DNA of 60,000 nt from Lama glama. Lineage: Eukaryota. This document shows, in pieces, positions 27,934 through 40,659 of the stretch (position 1 is its first letter; each line of letters starts with the position of its first letter). The notes beneath the pieces were generated by a model. That model saw nothing but the letters and a program-made list of their open reading frames with translations, searched no databases and was not told the DNA's origin. Made by a program: the position numbers and the translations under genes. The stretch is taken from contig CM052832.1 of assembly GCA_028534125.1 (NCBI GenBank), positions 16,122,001 through 16,182,000 on the forward strand, in the 5' to 3' direction.

Positions 27934-28298
27934 TAGCCACGCCCCAACTCTCCCGTTTTTTTTTGCTAGTACACTTCCGTCTCTTTTCCACCCTGATACC
28001 CGCCTATTTTCTTGCTAATCCCAGAGCCTCTATCTACTTTTGATTTTTTTGGAATGAGATTTAGGGGGTTCCCAGTTTAGGGACCTTCACCCTGAAATGA
28101 AGATTACGTCCCTGTTCTCTGTAAATACTCCTTTCCTCCTATCCCAACTCCTGGGCAGTCGGGCAGAAAGGAACCCAGGGTACAAATCTCCCAATGTCGC
28201 GAGGGAGCCGGCCCGCTCCCCACTCCCTGCTCCCCTTGGTAGTCCCCATCTTGTTCTGATCTGTGTGTGAGTGTGTGTGTGAATTTCTGAAAGACAAC

Positions 28299-28304
28299 AT
28301 TAAA
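28299..28304 (+). terminator. PRRT1: PRRT1 polyadenylation signal ATTAAA
   Basis: ATTAAA about 900 nt after the stop. Confidence 0.55.
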
Positions 28305-28855
28305 TAGACTAAGTAGATTTATCACCCACAATTCTGAAGACTGCAGCCTTGCAAAGACCCTGCTCTTTTGGTTTCCCCTTTCACCTCCCCTTATCTCCCC
28401 TTGTGGGGTGGGGGTTGAAAAAAGAAAACTGACAAAGACAAAGCAGGAGGAGATAGATTCCCAGGACACTAGAGAAACAGACACAAATATGGGAGTGGGG
28501 GCCTCCCTAGGAATCTTACTGGGGAAGACTTTGGGGTCCATTCTCGGTGGGAATTTCTTTACCCAGCACACATTTTCCACTCTGTACCAGAATGGGCTTA
28601 GGACTTTGGAGAGGAAGGATTTACAAGGAGACTCAGGGATCTACCCCTAGAACGCCACGAAGTTGGGTGGAAAGAAGGCAGACCATTCTGAAAAAGTTGG
28701 CCAGGGATAGGATGGCAGGGGCAGGGAAAAGATGCCAACTGCCCACAGCTATTCCTGTGTGCAGGCTGGAGGGTGGCAGACAACTTGAATTAGAGCTCTA
28801 CTTGGTATTTTGTTCCAGTGTAGGGAAGGTAAGGGAGCAAAGAGCTGTGGGAGTC

Positions 28856-29181
28856 TGCCTCAGTCCTTTCAGTCTGCTATGACAAAAATACTATCACTGA
28901 GTGGCTTACAAAGAACAGAAATTTACTAGACGTCTGAGATCAGGGTGGCAGCACTGTAAGGTGTGGGTCATGTTCTGGGTTGTAGACTCATTGTATCCTC
29001 ACTTGGCAGAAGGGGCTAGGGAGCTCTGTGAGGTCTCTTTTACAATCCCATTCCTGAGGGCTCTATTCTCATGACCTAAATACCAATCGCAAAGGCCCCA
29101 ACTCCTAATACCATTATATTGCACATTAAGATTTCAACATATGAATTGCCAGGTGGGACACACAAACCTTCTGACCACAGC
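28856..29181 (-). mobile_element. MaLR (MLT1/MST-like) LTR
   Basis: tgcctcagtcctttcagtctgctatgacaaaaatac...acagaaatttact...ccctcatgacctaa-like segment...gatttcaacatatgaatt...accacagca. Confidence 0.75.
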
Positions 29182-30006
29182 AAAGCACCAGAGAAGAGAT
29201 CAATAGCCTCTCAGGTCCTTCTGGGGCTAGTTGTCTTCTCCTATCCTGAGGTCAACCAGGAGACCTGTTGGGGAGGGGAGGTGGCATAAGCAGTGGACTT
29301 GGTATCTTCAGCTGTACACCTGCAAGACAGGGTCCTATCTTGAATTCCATGCAGGTTGCTGGTGAGACAGCAGGTGTGAATGCTGAAACTCACGAAGCTT
29401 ATAATCTAGAAGGAAAGCCATGCACCAAGATAGGAGACATGGGATGAGGATCAGATGGAGGATGGAAATCATGGGTTCTCCTTTGGACATTTCCAGTTTA
29501 ATATGCCTTCCTTACCAAACTTCTTGAAAAAACTCATGTTTGCTGCTTGTACTTCCTCAATCACCTACTCACCTCCCTTCCCTTAAATAGGGTGTATTAT
29601 TGTTAGAGATGTGTCTTTCTTTCATATTCACTGCTTCCTGACCCTTTGAAATATGCTTCCACTCCCTCCTTTACTGAAACTGTTCTTTCAAATAGTATTC
29701 AATGACCAGAAGTTACCAGGAGCCAAAATCAATGGCATTTTCACAGTACTCTGCCTCTCTGAACCTTCCCATGTTTGTCCCTTGACCCCGGATTCCCGAC
29801 TTCCCAGGTTCAGGGACATTTTATCGCCTCCCCACCTACCTCCACACACACCTCAAATCACCCCTCCTCCTCCTCCCTCCCCACCTGTTTTTTCTCCTCC
29901 CTTACCTAAGTGTCTATCTCTGGATTTTTTTTTCCTTCTTTGAGAATTTCCCTTGAAAATATCATCCACTCCAAACTCAGACATCATTTGTAACCAAATG
30001 CTTCTC

Positions 30007-30175
30007 TGCTATAGATCCAACGTTTGTGTTCCCCCAAAATGTATGTGTTGAAGCCTAATCCCCAATGTGAGGATGGGGCCTTTGGCAGGTGATTAGGTCT
30101 TGAGGAGGGGAGCTAATGAATGAGATAAGTGCCCTTATAAGAGAGCTCCCTTACCCCTTCTACCATAGGAAAGAG
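30007..30175 (+). mobile_element. MaLR (MLT1-like) LTR 5' fragment
   Basis: tgctatag...tttgtgttcccccaaaatgtatgtgttgaagcctaatccccaatgtga...ggggcctttggcaggtgattaggtc. Confidence 0.7.
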
Positions 30176-31114
30176 GGAGATCTGGCCTCATGGACCATGC
30201 TGCTGGTCCCCTAAACTGAGCATGTTCCAAACCAAACTGATGAAATACCATCGGAAACCTCTTTCCCTATCTCTGTTGACAGCACCATTTCTCAGCTCCC
30301 TTATCTGAAAACTTGGTGCCTCTTCCACCTCCCTCCTCCCTTTACCTTTGGTGAGCTGTCAAGCTGAGTCACTTCTACCATCACAGTGTCTTTTGGATCT
30401 GTAACTCTTCCCCAACTCTTGCTGGAAAAATGACCCCACCTAGGATTATTGCAACAGCTCCCCTAACAGATCTCCCTCTTTCCTATGGCTCCCTAAGCCA
30501 AGTCTTCCTTGACACTGCCGTCAGCTCATCCTCCCTAAACACACTCCTTATATAACCCCGCTGCTCAAAAGCCCTTCAAGATTTCCTGTTGCTTACTCAA
30601 CTGTTTACAAAATTTTAATCTGGCCTTCAACCCCTTCCATAATTTCAAATCATCCAGCTTTCTCCAGAACCACGCTGTATTATCATCACTCCCACCTCCA
30701 GGTCTTTGCCCAGCTGTTCTCACATCTAAGACCTCTTTCTCCAGTCTCTGCCTGTTACAAACCAAATTGCTTGCTGCTTCTCGTATGTTTCAGACCACAT
30801 CTAAGCTTTTCCTCAGTGTTCTCCCTTGCTTCACATCTGCATCCCCACTTGGCCAAAATGTACCTATCCTTCAAGGCCCAGGTCAATTTACCCCCTGACC
30901 ACAGCAAGAAGGAATCTCTCTCTACTATGAGTCGGACTAAAGCAGTGAGTTTCTGAGCACCACTACCAGACTGAATATTCCTAAAGGGCAAAGGAAGTAT
31001 CAGTATGTCACCAACAAAGCCCATTAACAATTCCTGGGAAATAAAAATAGAATCTGGGGATAAAAGAAAATCTAAACTTTGAGAAAAAAAAAAAAGCTCC
31101 AGGCGTTCCTTGAA

Positions 31115-31295
31115 ACAATGATTCTCACCCCTGGCTATACATTAGAGTCATCTGGGGAGCATTTAAAAATCCCAAAGCCCCGGTTACATCCTAGACCAAT
31201 TAAATCACAATCTCTTGGGAGTGGGACTCAGGTATCAACATCTCTTAAGATATCCCCAGCTGATTCCAAAGGGCAGCCAAGGTTGTGAATCACAG
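31115..31295. mobile_element. MER5-like DNA transposon relic
   Basis: tgattctcacccctggctatacattagagtcatctggggagcatttaaaaat...gctgattc...gcagccaaggttgtgaatcac. Confidence 0.7.
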
Positions 31296-32942
31296 GCTTG
31301 GAGGCACTTTCAGGACCACCAGGAGAGGAGAGACCAAAAGGTGTGGCTTCAACTACAGCAACTTTCTTTAGGAGAAAGGGATCTGTGTCTAAGTTAGGTA
31401 CATTGTTTACTTTATCAGGATTTTTCCCCCATCTCTTCATCTCTTCCCACCTGACATCTTGATGTCCCCACCTTACCTAGTGAGTTACTTGAAGGCAGGA
31501 GCAAAATCTGGCTTATCTGGGGTTTTCAGATCCTCACTAGACAAAACCTCTTCTACCAATCTTTTAAATGAATTGAATCAAAAGGAATTAAGCAGAGAAA
31601 AAAAATAAATGAAAACGACTGCTCTCAGATCTCTTCACCTCACCGAGAATCCTCTCTCAGAAAGTGTATTCAATTCAATTCTCCCACCTTACCTTAACTC
31701 CCTCCAAACATGGTTCCCTTGGCTCTTGCACCCCTGTCAACAGAGATTCCATCATCCAGGAGAGTCTTTGGCCCCTAGAACACCCAGCACCGACTGGGAG
31801 CTCAGATTTCCCCATGATTCAGTCTGGGTCATCATGCTCCCATTGAATCCTCACTGAAGATACCGTATCTAGCTTACTGCCTTCCTCTCTACCACCACCT
31901 CTGCCATTTCATTTTTGGCAGCTTCAATATCCATGCAGATAACCATACAGCATCCCTGTCAGTTCCTTCCTTTCCTCACCTCCATTGATGATTTCCCGCT
32001 CCCAGCCCTGTATCATATCTTTGATTTGGTTACAACCAGTAATTGCCGCCCCTCCAAAATCTCTTCAGTTTTTTTCATGTCACCCCCTCCTCCTCCACCC
32101 AGTACCCCTGTTCCAAAAATTCTTCAACTTCACCCAGAACTCCCATTCATTGACTCTCTCACTCTCCTCTGCTGTTTGATCCCCTCATTTCTCACCTCCC
32201 TCAGTACCTACTGCAGCTCCCAAGGGTCCACACTAGATTTGCCTTTCAGCCCTTGCTTTGTATTCCTGGCCCCTCCCCATTCCACACATTTTATCCCTGG
32301 TTCAATACAATCCTGTCTGCACCACACCTGCACCCAACAACTGACTATGTGGGGGGGGGGGGGACACAGTCATTCCTACTGGTCTTGCTTCCTATAGGCC
32401 TCCAGGAATGGCCAAGCCTGCATTTCCCCAGTTGGTCACATTCCCCAAATCTGAGACCACAGTTTCACAACATGACAACCTTCCTTCCTATTTCAGTGAG
32501 AAAATAGAAACTTTCAGAAGAGAATTTCCTCATGGTCCCACCCCCAGATCTACCAGGCTACCTGCATCCCTGTTGAATTCATTGCCTTCCCCTTGTTATG
32601 GCGGAGATGCTGACCTGCTCCCAGTCCTCACCCGATCTGTGCACTGGGATCCCATCTCTTCTCACCTGCTCAGAAATGAGACTCTTGAAATTGTCCCCTA
32701 TCTTGCCCACATGATCAGTTTTCCCCTCGTTGCTGAAACATTCCCATCACCATACAAACATGCTATAATAATAGAAGTCTTCCAGACTGCTAAATATTAG
32801 AGAGCCTCAGGACTCTACAATTGGCCCTCTCTTCTGCCCAAATCCAAGCTTCCATGCTACCTTAGCCCCTTCATTGAAGTTTCTGCTTTCATTTTTGACT
32901 GATACAGTCCTTCCTTCATGTAGAAGCCAGAGTGCTCTTTTA

Positions 32943-33126
32943 CTCTTTTTTCCGGGGGGAGTTATTTGTTGTATAACTCAACATTGTTGAGGTTTTTTCG
33001 GGGGGGGTGGGGAGATAGGTACTTAGGTATTTATATATTTATTTATTTAAATGGAAGTACTGGGGATTGAACCCAGGACCTTGTGCATGCTGAGCACGTA
33101 CTCTACCACTGAGCTATACTCTCCCC
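32943..33126 (-). mobile_element. tRNA-derived SINE (camelid Vic-1-like)
   Basis: Reverse complement ggggagagtatagctcagtggtagag...ggtcctgggttcaatccccagtac with an A-rich tail. TSD-like flanks cagagtgctctttta / cagggtggtctttta. Confidence 0.85.
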
Positions 33127-33149
33127 ATCCTCAGGGTGGTCTTTTAAAT

Positions 33150-33812
33150 TATCAGATGATGTCATTCATCTCACTCAAACCCTCTGATGGCCCCCAAGCA
33201 CAATTAGAACAAAACCCTTACCTCGGCCTGTGAAGCCTACCTGACCCAGTTTCTCCCCACCTCTCTGACTGCATCCCCTCCAACCCTTTCCCTTGCTTAC
33301 TCTGCTTCACCCACTCTGGCCCCTTTGCTCTTCTTCTAGCTGCCATGAATTTAGCATAAAAATCTAATTCCCTCCTGCCTCAGGGCCTCTGCACTCGTGT
33401 TTTTTTCCCCTGGACACTCTTCCTTCAGATTGCTGCATGCCTGCTCCCTTACAACACTCACGTCTTTGCACAAATGTCACCTCCGAAAGGAGGCCTGCCC
33501 TCATCACTTGATTAAAAACAGCACCATATACACCTGGGGCATTTTCTATCCATTGCCTTATCCAGCTTTATTGTGTTCACAGGACTTGCTACTTTATTTT
33601 TCTTTCTTTTTGATTATTATTTATTTATTTGTCTAATACCCCCTTGTAGTACACAATTGACATTATATTTTAGTGACTGATTTTGATTGCCTATTATCTT
33701 CACTTGAATAGAAGCCACAAGAGATCCAGGGCTTTTTTCCTCTGTCTTATTCCCAGAAACTAGTACACTGCTTGGCACAGAGGAGGCCCTTAATAAAGAT
33801 TTGCTGAATGAC
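33150..33812 (+). mobile_element. L2 LINE 3' region
   Basis: ctcctgcctcagggcctctgcac...aaatgtcacctcc...ttggcacagaggaggcccttaataaagatttgctgaatga resembles the L2 3' end. Confidence 0.6.
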
Positions 33813-35052
33813 TAAAGAAGTAGCTCCCGGAGTTGTGTGAGGAGAAGTGACATAACATACATGAAACACTTAGAGCAAGTGGTACTGTGGTCATCATTCA
33901 CGGTCGGGGGTGGTATCATTAAACATTTCACAATGGAAAAGGCTGCCTTTCAAGGCCTTATCCTCCCTGAAAACCCTGCCCATAAGGAAGGCACAAGCAA
34001 AATGGATCAGGAGCAGAGAAGAGAGAGGAACTATTTTGACATAAATCCCGCAGAACTAAAAACTACAGAAACCATCAAAGCTAAACAGAAGGGGAAATTT
34101 ATTTAGCCTTTGGAAAGCTAGAAATTTTGTCTCTTATGCTGATGACAAATGGCAGACAGTAAATGCGGCATATGGTTCCATGTGGTGAGGACGGAATGCA
34201 GGGGAATGTGAGGGTGTAAAAACTCCCAACCAGCTTGATGCCTACTGACAGGGCGGCACGAATGGGTACAGGAATACTCTGGAAAAGCTGAGATTGACAA
34301 GCTGGAGACGAATAATATGTGTGGAAAGTGGCTTCCCTTCCTTATATCTCCTGCCTTGTGCTGCGTCCTCCACCTGCAACAAATCCCTTCCATCTCTACA
34401 TGTCACAGTTACAGCCATCCTCCAAGGCTCAACCCTTTGGAATCCTTTTCAGATCACCCCGGTTGGAAATAACTTCCCTGCCACTGATCACTTTTGCCCC
34501 TGCATCTGGAGCTTTTGTTAACTATCACTATTCTTGTTAGACTACTGATGGGGAGTTCGCTATTTATCTCCATGTGTCATTGGCTAATTCTGAGTCCTCA
34601 GTAAGGATTGTTGAATGGATAAGAAAAGAACTGTTCCCTGGAAAACTGAATTTTCCTCTTGGTGGGTGTGGAGTCAAAAGACACAACCAAGCCAAAGATG
34701 GGGAGAAGGAGGGATTTAACACTTGCAGCAAGTAAGGAGAACACGAGGGACCTTTCCCAGAGCAGTGTGTTCTTGAATAGCAAAATTGGGGAAGTTTTAA
34801 GCTAAGGGTACATATATATTCATGAAAAGGCTTGAGCAGAGGAGGATTTAGCATAGAATTTAGGCAAAGACTGACAGAGTCCAAGCTTTAGTTGATTGAA
34901 GTCAAGAGGGTCAGAAAAGGTCAACACCAGCACCCCTTAGGTTCCTGTTGGTCTAGTGGTTGAGTGCTTGAAGGGGAAGTTAAATTCTGCAAAATGGCTC
35001 GAGAAAGTGCTTCAGGCTAGTTCTTATCATCAAAATTGAACTGGGAGTCTTC

Positions 35053-36040
35053 CAACAATACATTAAAAGGATCATACAACATGATCAAGTGGGATTTATC
35101 CCAAGGATGAAAGGATTTTTCAGTATCCACAAATCAATTGGTGTGATACACCACATTAACACATTTGAGGAATAAAAACCATATGCTCACCTCAAGAGAG
35201 GCAGAAAAAGCTTTTGCTAGAATTCAACCTCAGGAAGAGGGTAATAGCTCAGTGGTAGAGCACATTCTTGGCATGCACGAAGTCCTGGGTTCAATCCCTA
35301 GTACCTCCATTAAAAAAGTTCAGCATCCATTTACGATTAAAAATGCTCCATAAAGTGGGCATACAGAGAACGTACTTCAACATAATAAAATCCACACATG
35401 ACAAACCCACAGCTAACATCATACTCGATGGTGAAAAGCTGAAAGCATTTCCTCTAAGATCAGGAACAAGACAAGAATGTTTACTCTCGCCACTTTCATT
35501 CAACATAGTTTTGGAAGTACAGCAATCAGAGAAGAAAAGGAAATAAAAGTGGTCCAAGTTGGCGGGGGGGAGTAAAACTGCCACTGTTTGCAGATGACAT
35601 GATACTATACATAGAAAATACTAAAGATGTTACCAGATGAATTTGGTAAAGTTGCAGGATACAAAATTAATAGACAGAAATCTGTTGCATCCCTACACAC
35701 TAACAATGAAATATCATAAAAAAAATTAAGGAAACAATCCCATTTACCATCACATCAAAAAGAATGAAATACCTAGGAATAAACCTACCTAGGGAGGCAA
35801 AAGAACTGTACTCTGAAAACTATAACACTCTGATGAAAGAAATTGAAGACGGCACAAACAGATGGGAAGATAGACCACGTTCTTGGATTGGAAGAATCAA
35901 TATTGTTAAAATGGCCATACTACTCAAGACAATATCCAGATTCAGTGTGATCCCTATCAAATTACTAATGGCATTTTTCACAGAACTGGAACAAAAAAAA
36001 TTTTTAAGTTTGTATGGAAACACTTAAGACCTTGAATAGA
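35053..36040 (+). mobile_element. LINE-1 ORF2 (reverse transcriptase region) fragment
   Basis: Translations [53 protein letters not shown] and KYLGINL...[13 protein letters not shown]; frameshifted. Confidence 0.93.
35233..35317 (+). mobile_element. tRNA-derived SINE inserted in L1
   Basis: ggaagagggtaatagctcagtggtagagcac...gtcctgggttcaatccctagtacctccattaaaaaa; TSD-like aattcaacctc / agttcagcatc. Confidence 0.85.
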
Positions 36041-38111
36041 ACTGGAAGCCTTTACAACTGATTCATTGTCTTTGCTATTGTTACTTCTTTTGCCTGGTAT
36101 TGCATTGCATTGTTCCCCTTAAAATCTTTATGATTGAGACCCGTTCAAGGGCAAGCATTGTGGCTAGGCTTAGATCACAAAATGGCTTGAGCCTCAAATG
36201 GCTTCTCTTATGTTAAAAAGCTATTATCTGGTTCTTTTCTTATGGGGACCCCACTATCCTATCTGCTTACAGAATCTTAGGTCACCCATTTGGAAGGGAA
36301 GTGTCATGCTCTGTGTGTGCTGAGACAACATGGAACCACCAGTAGCTCACAATTACCTCACAGCAGCTCCTGAACATCTCCCTGGGTTCTGCCATCAGCC
36401 TAGATCCTTAATGAAGGCAAAACAATGCCCTTAATGGGGCAGGGCAAGGAGAGCAGTAGAATATGGCCAGGTCCTCTGAGAGCCCACGTTCTCTAGCCAG
36501 GCCTGGGGATATAATCCTCCGGGTTTGTATCCCTTCTTGCTGATTCTTTAGTGACTGTCTCCAGAGAACTGAGCCCTAGCATAATAGGACTCATGGGGCA
36601 GGGAACTGGGAGAGAGCAAGCAGTGTGAGTCCATCAACATTCATGCAGTAATACTTTGTGGGGGCAGCTTAGGCTACTGCCCATTTCTGAGCTTTCACCT
36701 CTTGGCCCCTTCCTAGTCCTGTGTTTCTCAAGCTGAGACCTGGGGAACCTACAGATCCATGAATGTCTTCTCTGGGGACTTCTCAGTCCTCTTATAAAAC
36801 TTAAAAATTTTGTGTTTTCATTTTAATGGATCATCTTCTTAAAAATAAAAATATTTTCATTTTGGATGATTTGGATTACTGTTTTTAGGGGTTTCAGTGC
36901 CTATGTTTGTTTTTATGTATAGTCACAGTGGTGACAAGGGATTCTCTTAAGGAGGCAAATTTGACTATTTAATTCAGTTTTCCTCAGTATGGGGTCTTTT
37001 GGTGTATTCTCAGAGGTTCAGCCCTAACTCATTCTTTAGATGGCAGCAAAAAATGCCTCATTCTCAAGGAGTATGCCCTCGTCTCTCATTCACTCTCATA
37101 GCATCACACACACTTCTTCATACCGCTGTAATTACTTATTCTCCATGGCCAGACTATAAGTTCCATGAGAGCAGAGACTGTCTAAGTATCCCCAGTTCCT
37201 AGCATTCTGCCTGGAACATAGCAGATGCTCAATAAATATTTGTTGAATGAATGAATGGAGAAGAAGAGGAAACAAAAGAAATAGAGACAAGATCCATGCC
37301 CTGTGGACTGTGTTCCAGTGATGGAACTGAAACACACACAGAAAACAGTAAGAGAACATTACAAAGCAATACACTTGTAACAGAGTACAGTTTCTTTTAA
37401 CTGAGAGAAATGAATCTCTGAAGGGTCATTGGAGTGGACTTCTCAGTTAAGGCACACATAATACAAATTAGCAATCTTTGTCCATGGATTAGGGTATAAT
37501 CAAATCTTTTGTGACTATTCTAAACTTTCCGCCTTTCCCAGAAATCCCTGAAATGAAAAGGGGAAGAGGGAGGGAGAAAAGGTAGGTTAATTTTCAATAG
37601 GAACACGGGGATTCTAAGAATCGGAGTATTTAGCCTTAGTCACAGTGGACTAAGGTTACTCTGGCACAGAGCCCAGAAATAAAACTTGAGGGAAAAAGAA
37701 GTCTAGGTTAGTGATCTGAGGCTCAACACAGAAATGGAGAGGACTGTTTTGGCACAAGTCTGTGGTTAGTGATGAAATTACCTCCCCTCCTGGCTGTCCT
37801 GGCGCGGCCCTTGTAGTTTGGGGCACAGCGGTACGGTGTTAGAGAGCAAACAGAAGAGGGAGCCAAAGTGAGGTACTGAGAATGGAATTCTCCTTCCCTG
37901 AAGAGCTGTGGTGGCTGAACCTGTGCAGGGAGCTGGACAAGCAAGGCTGAATCACAAAGGGGACCTACACCTTTTATTAGGAAGAGGAGGACCAGTTTTC
38001 CACTGATACACCCAGTGGAGCAGGTTACACTAGTTATATATGCAAAATATAGGACAAACTAAATGGGCACAGAGCAAGGCGTGAAGAGAATGGCATAAGA
38101 TTATTCTAGAA

Positions 38112-38273
38112 TCATGCTATTCAAAGTGTGGTCCGTGGACCAGCAGCAACAGCATCCAAGAGCTTGCTAGAAATGCAGACTTGCAAGTCCCACCCTAGAC
38201 TTCCTTAATCAGAACCTGCTATTTAACAAGTTCACCAGATGATACGTATACACATTAAAGTTTGAAAAGCACT
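38112..38273. mobile_element. MER5A-like element
   Basis: tcaaagtgtggtccgtggaccagcagcaacagcatc...gagcttgctagaaatgcag...acattaaagtttgaaaagcact. Confidence 0.75.
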
Positions 38274-38699
38274 AAGACTTCTGGAGGAAGAAGAGGTGGG
38301 AAAGCATTGATAAATATGAGGGGAAAGGTAAGGAAAGCCTCAGGTGATCCCTCAAGGGAACGGGACAGTTAGGAAGAGAGTTCATTTTGAAGCACCCTAG
38401 ATTGAAGGGGAGAAGGAGCAGACGGGTGGATCCTGGCTGGGCGCCCTGAACGTAGGGATAAGGTGATTAGCACAGGTGAGCCCGAGGTTGCCAGATACAA
38501 TGCTGGTTGCTGCCGCTATCATTCACCACCAGCTCCACAATTCCCCACTCTATCCTCATTCGCCACAATCTCCCTTTCCAGGACTTCTCCAGACTTTGAC
38601 TCTGAATAGCTTGGCCAGGCAACCTCGCCTAGTTCGGTTCGATTTGGCCTAGGTCGGTTGCTAAGGCCTGGAGCTTCCCGGTTGCGGGGTTGGGAGGAG

Positions 38700-38983
38700 T
38701 GGTGGGGTTTGGGGGCGGGGTGGGAAATGATGTCATGTCCAAAAGGCGGGCTAACCAGACTTCCCCTCCTCCCGATTGGCTGCCAGGAATTTGACTAGAT
38801 TCTCCGTCTCGCGGGCTCCAGGGTTAGCTGTCAGCGTCTCTCCCCAGCTGCCCCCTGGCCCCCAAGACCGTCCTCTCCGCTTGGGGCAAGACTCCGAGCA
38901 CAGTACTCAGTAGCACTTAGCTTCGGAAGAAGTGATTCGAATGGTCCAGCTGTTGCCACCAGGCGATGAGCTTCGGCCGCCAG
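38700..38983 (+). promoter_or_regulatory. FKBPL: FKBPL promoter and non-coding exon 1
   Basis: GC box GGGGCGGGG at ~38712, ATTGG at 38775, TCTCGCGGG at ~38807. Donor CAG|GTACTT at 38984 and acceptor T-tract...TCAAG at 39227. Confidence 0.6.
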
Positions 38984-39297
38984 GTACTTTTTGACTGGAT
39001 CGACTGTCCGTAGTTGGGACGGCTACCCAAGCCGCAGGGAATTGTGGAACTTATAGTTCTAGGTTAGTTCGGGGTTGGAAGGGAGGCTCGAGCCGAGCAG
39101 AGATTTTTGGAGGAAAAAAAGAAAAAGAGGATTTTGAGGGCTGGGACCGGGTCCTAGGAAGACAGGAAAGTCGTCTAAATAAGAATCCTGCTGTTAGCGT
39201 TGTTTTGACTTTTTTTTTTAAATCAAGTGCTGACCAAAGGTGCCATCCCTTTCTGACCGAAACTGTTTACCCACGGTGAAAGGGACCAGGCACCCAA

Positions 39298-40347
39298 ATG
39301 GAGACGCCACCAGTCAATCCAATGGGAGAGAAGGACACCTCTCAACCGCAGCAACAATGCGGAAAGAACTTCCGGAAGAACTTTGATTCAGCTACTCAAA
39401 TTAGACAGCAGCCCCGAGACCCTCCTACCGAAATCCTTGAGCTGAGAGTGAGCCCAGATCCAGCCATCCAAATTCTAGAGAATCCTCAAGAAACTGAAAA
39501 TCTGGCCGCTGGACTTGAAGGAGACTCTGATAAGTCTCATGGATCAGCCAGTGAGATGCCAGAGCCCCTTGAAGCTTCTGACCTCTGGTACTGTCCTGAT
39601 GGGAGCTTTGTCAAGAAGATCATAACCCATGGCCATGGCTTGGACAAACCCAAGCTGGGCTCCCGCTGCCGGGTACAGGCTTCTGGATTTCCTTTGGGGT
39701 CAGGGCTGCCAGAGGGTTGGACAGAGCTAACTATGGGATTAGGCCCATGGCGGGAGGAATCCTGGGGGGAGCTCATAGAAAAATGCTTGGAGTCCATGTG
39801 TCAAGGTGAAGTGGCAGAGCTTCAGCTCCCTGGGTGCTCTGGACCTCCTATCAGGCTCACACTGGCCTCCTTCACTCAGGGCCGGGACTCCTGGGAGCTG
39901 GAGGCCGCCGAGAAGGAGGCCCTGGCTAGGGAAGAACGTGCAAGGGGCACAGAATTATTTCGAACTGGGAACCCTGAAGGGGCTGCCCGATGCTATGGAC
40001 GGGCTCTTAGGCTGCTGCTGACTTTACCCCCACCTGGCTCTCCAGAACGAACTGTCCTTCATGCCAACCTGGCTGCCTGTCAGTTGCTGCTAGGGCAGCC
40101 CCATTTGGCAGCCCAGAGCTGTGATCGGGTGCTGGAGCAAGAGCCTGGCCATTTAAAGGCCTTGTACCGAAGAGGGGTTGCCCAGGCTGCTCTTGGGAAC
40201 CTGGAAAAAGCAAGTGCTGACTTCAAGAAGGTGCTGGCAGTAGACCCAAAAAACCGGGCAGCCCAGGAAGAGCTGGGAAAGGTGATCATTCAGGGGAAGA
40301 AACAGGATGCAAGGCTGGCTCAGGGACTGCGCAAGATGTTTGGCTGA
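39298..40347 (+). CDS. FKBPL: FK506-binding protein-like (degenerate PPIase plus TPR repeats), single coding exon, 349 aa
   Basis: Uninterrupted ORF METPPVNPMGEKDTSQPQQQ... with TPR motifs (LHANLAACQL, KALYRRGVAQAALG); ends AQGLRKMFG. Confidence 0.97.
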   Translation: METPPVNPMGEKDTSQPQQQCGKNFRKNFDSATQIRQQPRDPPTEILELRVSPDPAIQILENPQETENLAAGLEGDSDKSHGSASEMPEPLEASDLWYCPDGSFVKKIITHGHGLDKPKLGSRCRVQASGFPLGSGLPEGWTELTMGLGPWREESWGELIEKCLESMCQGEVAELQLPGCSGPPIRLTLASFTQGRDSWELEAAEKEALAREERARGTELFRTGNPEGAARCYGRALRLLLTLPPPGSPERTVLHANLAACQLLLGQPHLAAQSCDRVLEQEPGHLKALYRRGVAQAALGNLEKASADFKKVLAVDPKNRAAQEELGKVIIQGKKQDARLAQGLRKMFG

Positions 40348-40659
40348 TTAAAAGTTAAACCTTAAAAGAGACAGGAACCTGGAATTGTGGTCTACGCTGT
40401 GAGATGGGGGAGGGGGCGGCCAGAGGGAGGGTTTCACCGATATCCCTTTCCCAGCTTTTGCCTTCCTAGGGGAGGTAGCAGTGGTCTCAGGGCGCTTCTT
40501 TACCCTTTTACCATTAAAAAGCCATATGTCATGTGTGCTATGGGTTTTTTTTGGGGGGGGTTGCTTATCCATCTCCGAAGATGAATAGAAGCCGTCCAAA
40601 CGAAATTTAGGACTGGCTAAGGGAGACGGCATACCTTTAAAACCTGGGAGCTGCACTTC

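Larger units (their letters stand above)
34632..36271 (-). mobile_element. ERV1-like solo LTR interrupted by an L1 fragment
   Basis: TG...CA termini (tgttccc at 34632, ...cttaca at 36271) with 4-bp TSD-like gaac/gaat. LTR-type sequence at 34632-35052 and 36039-36271. Confidence 0.6.

Noticed and set aside
33930..34625. Possible processed pseudogene or CR1/L3 relic between PRRT1 and FKBPL
   Set aside because: Short ORFs have no recognisable homology, and the repeat resemblance is too weak to call without a search.
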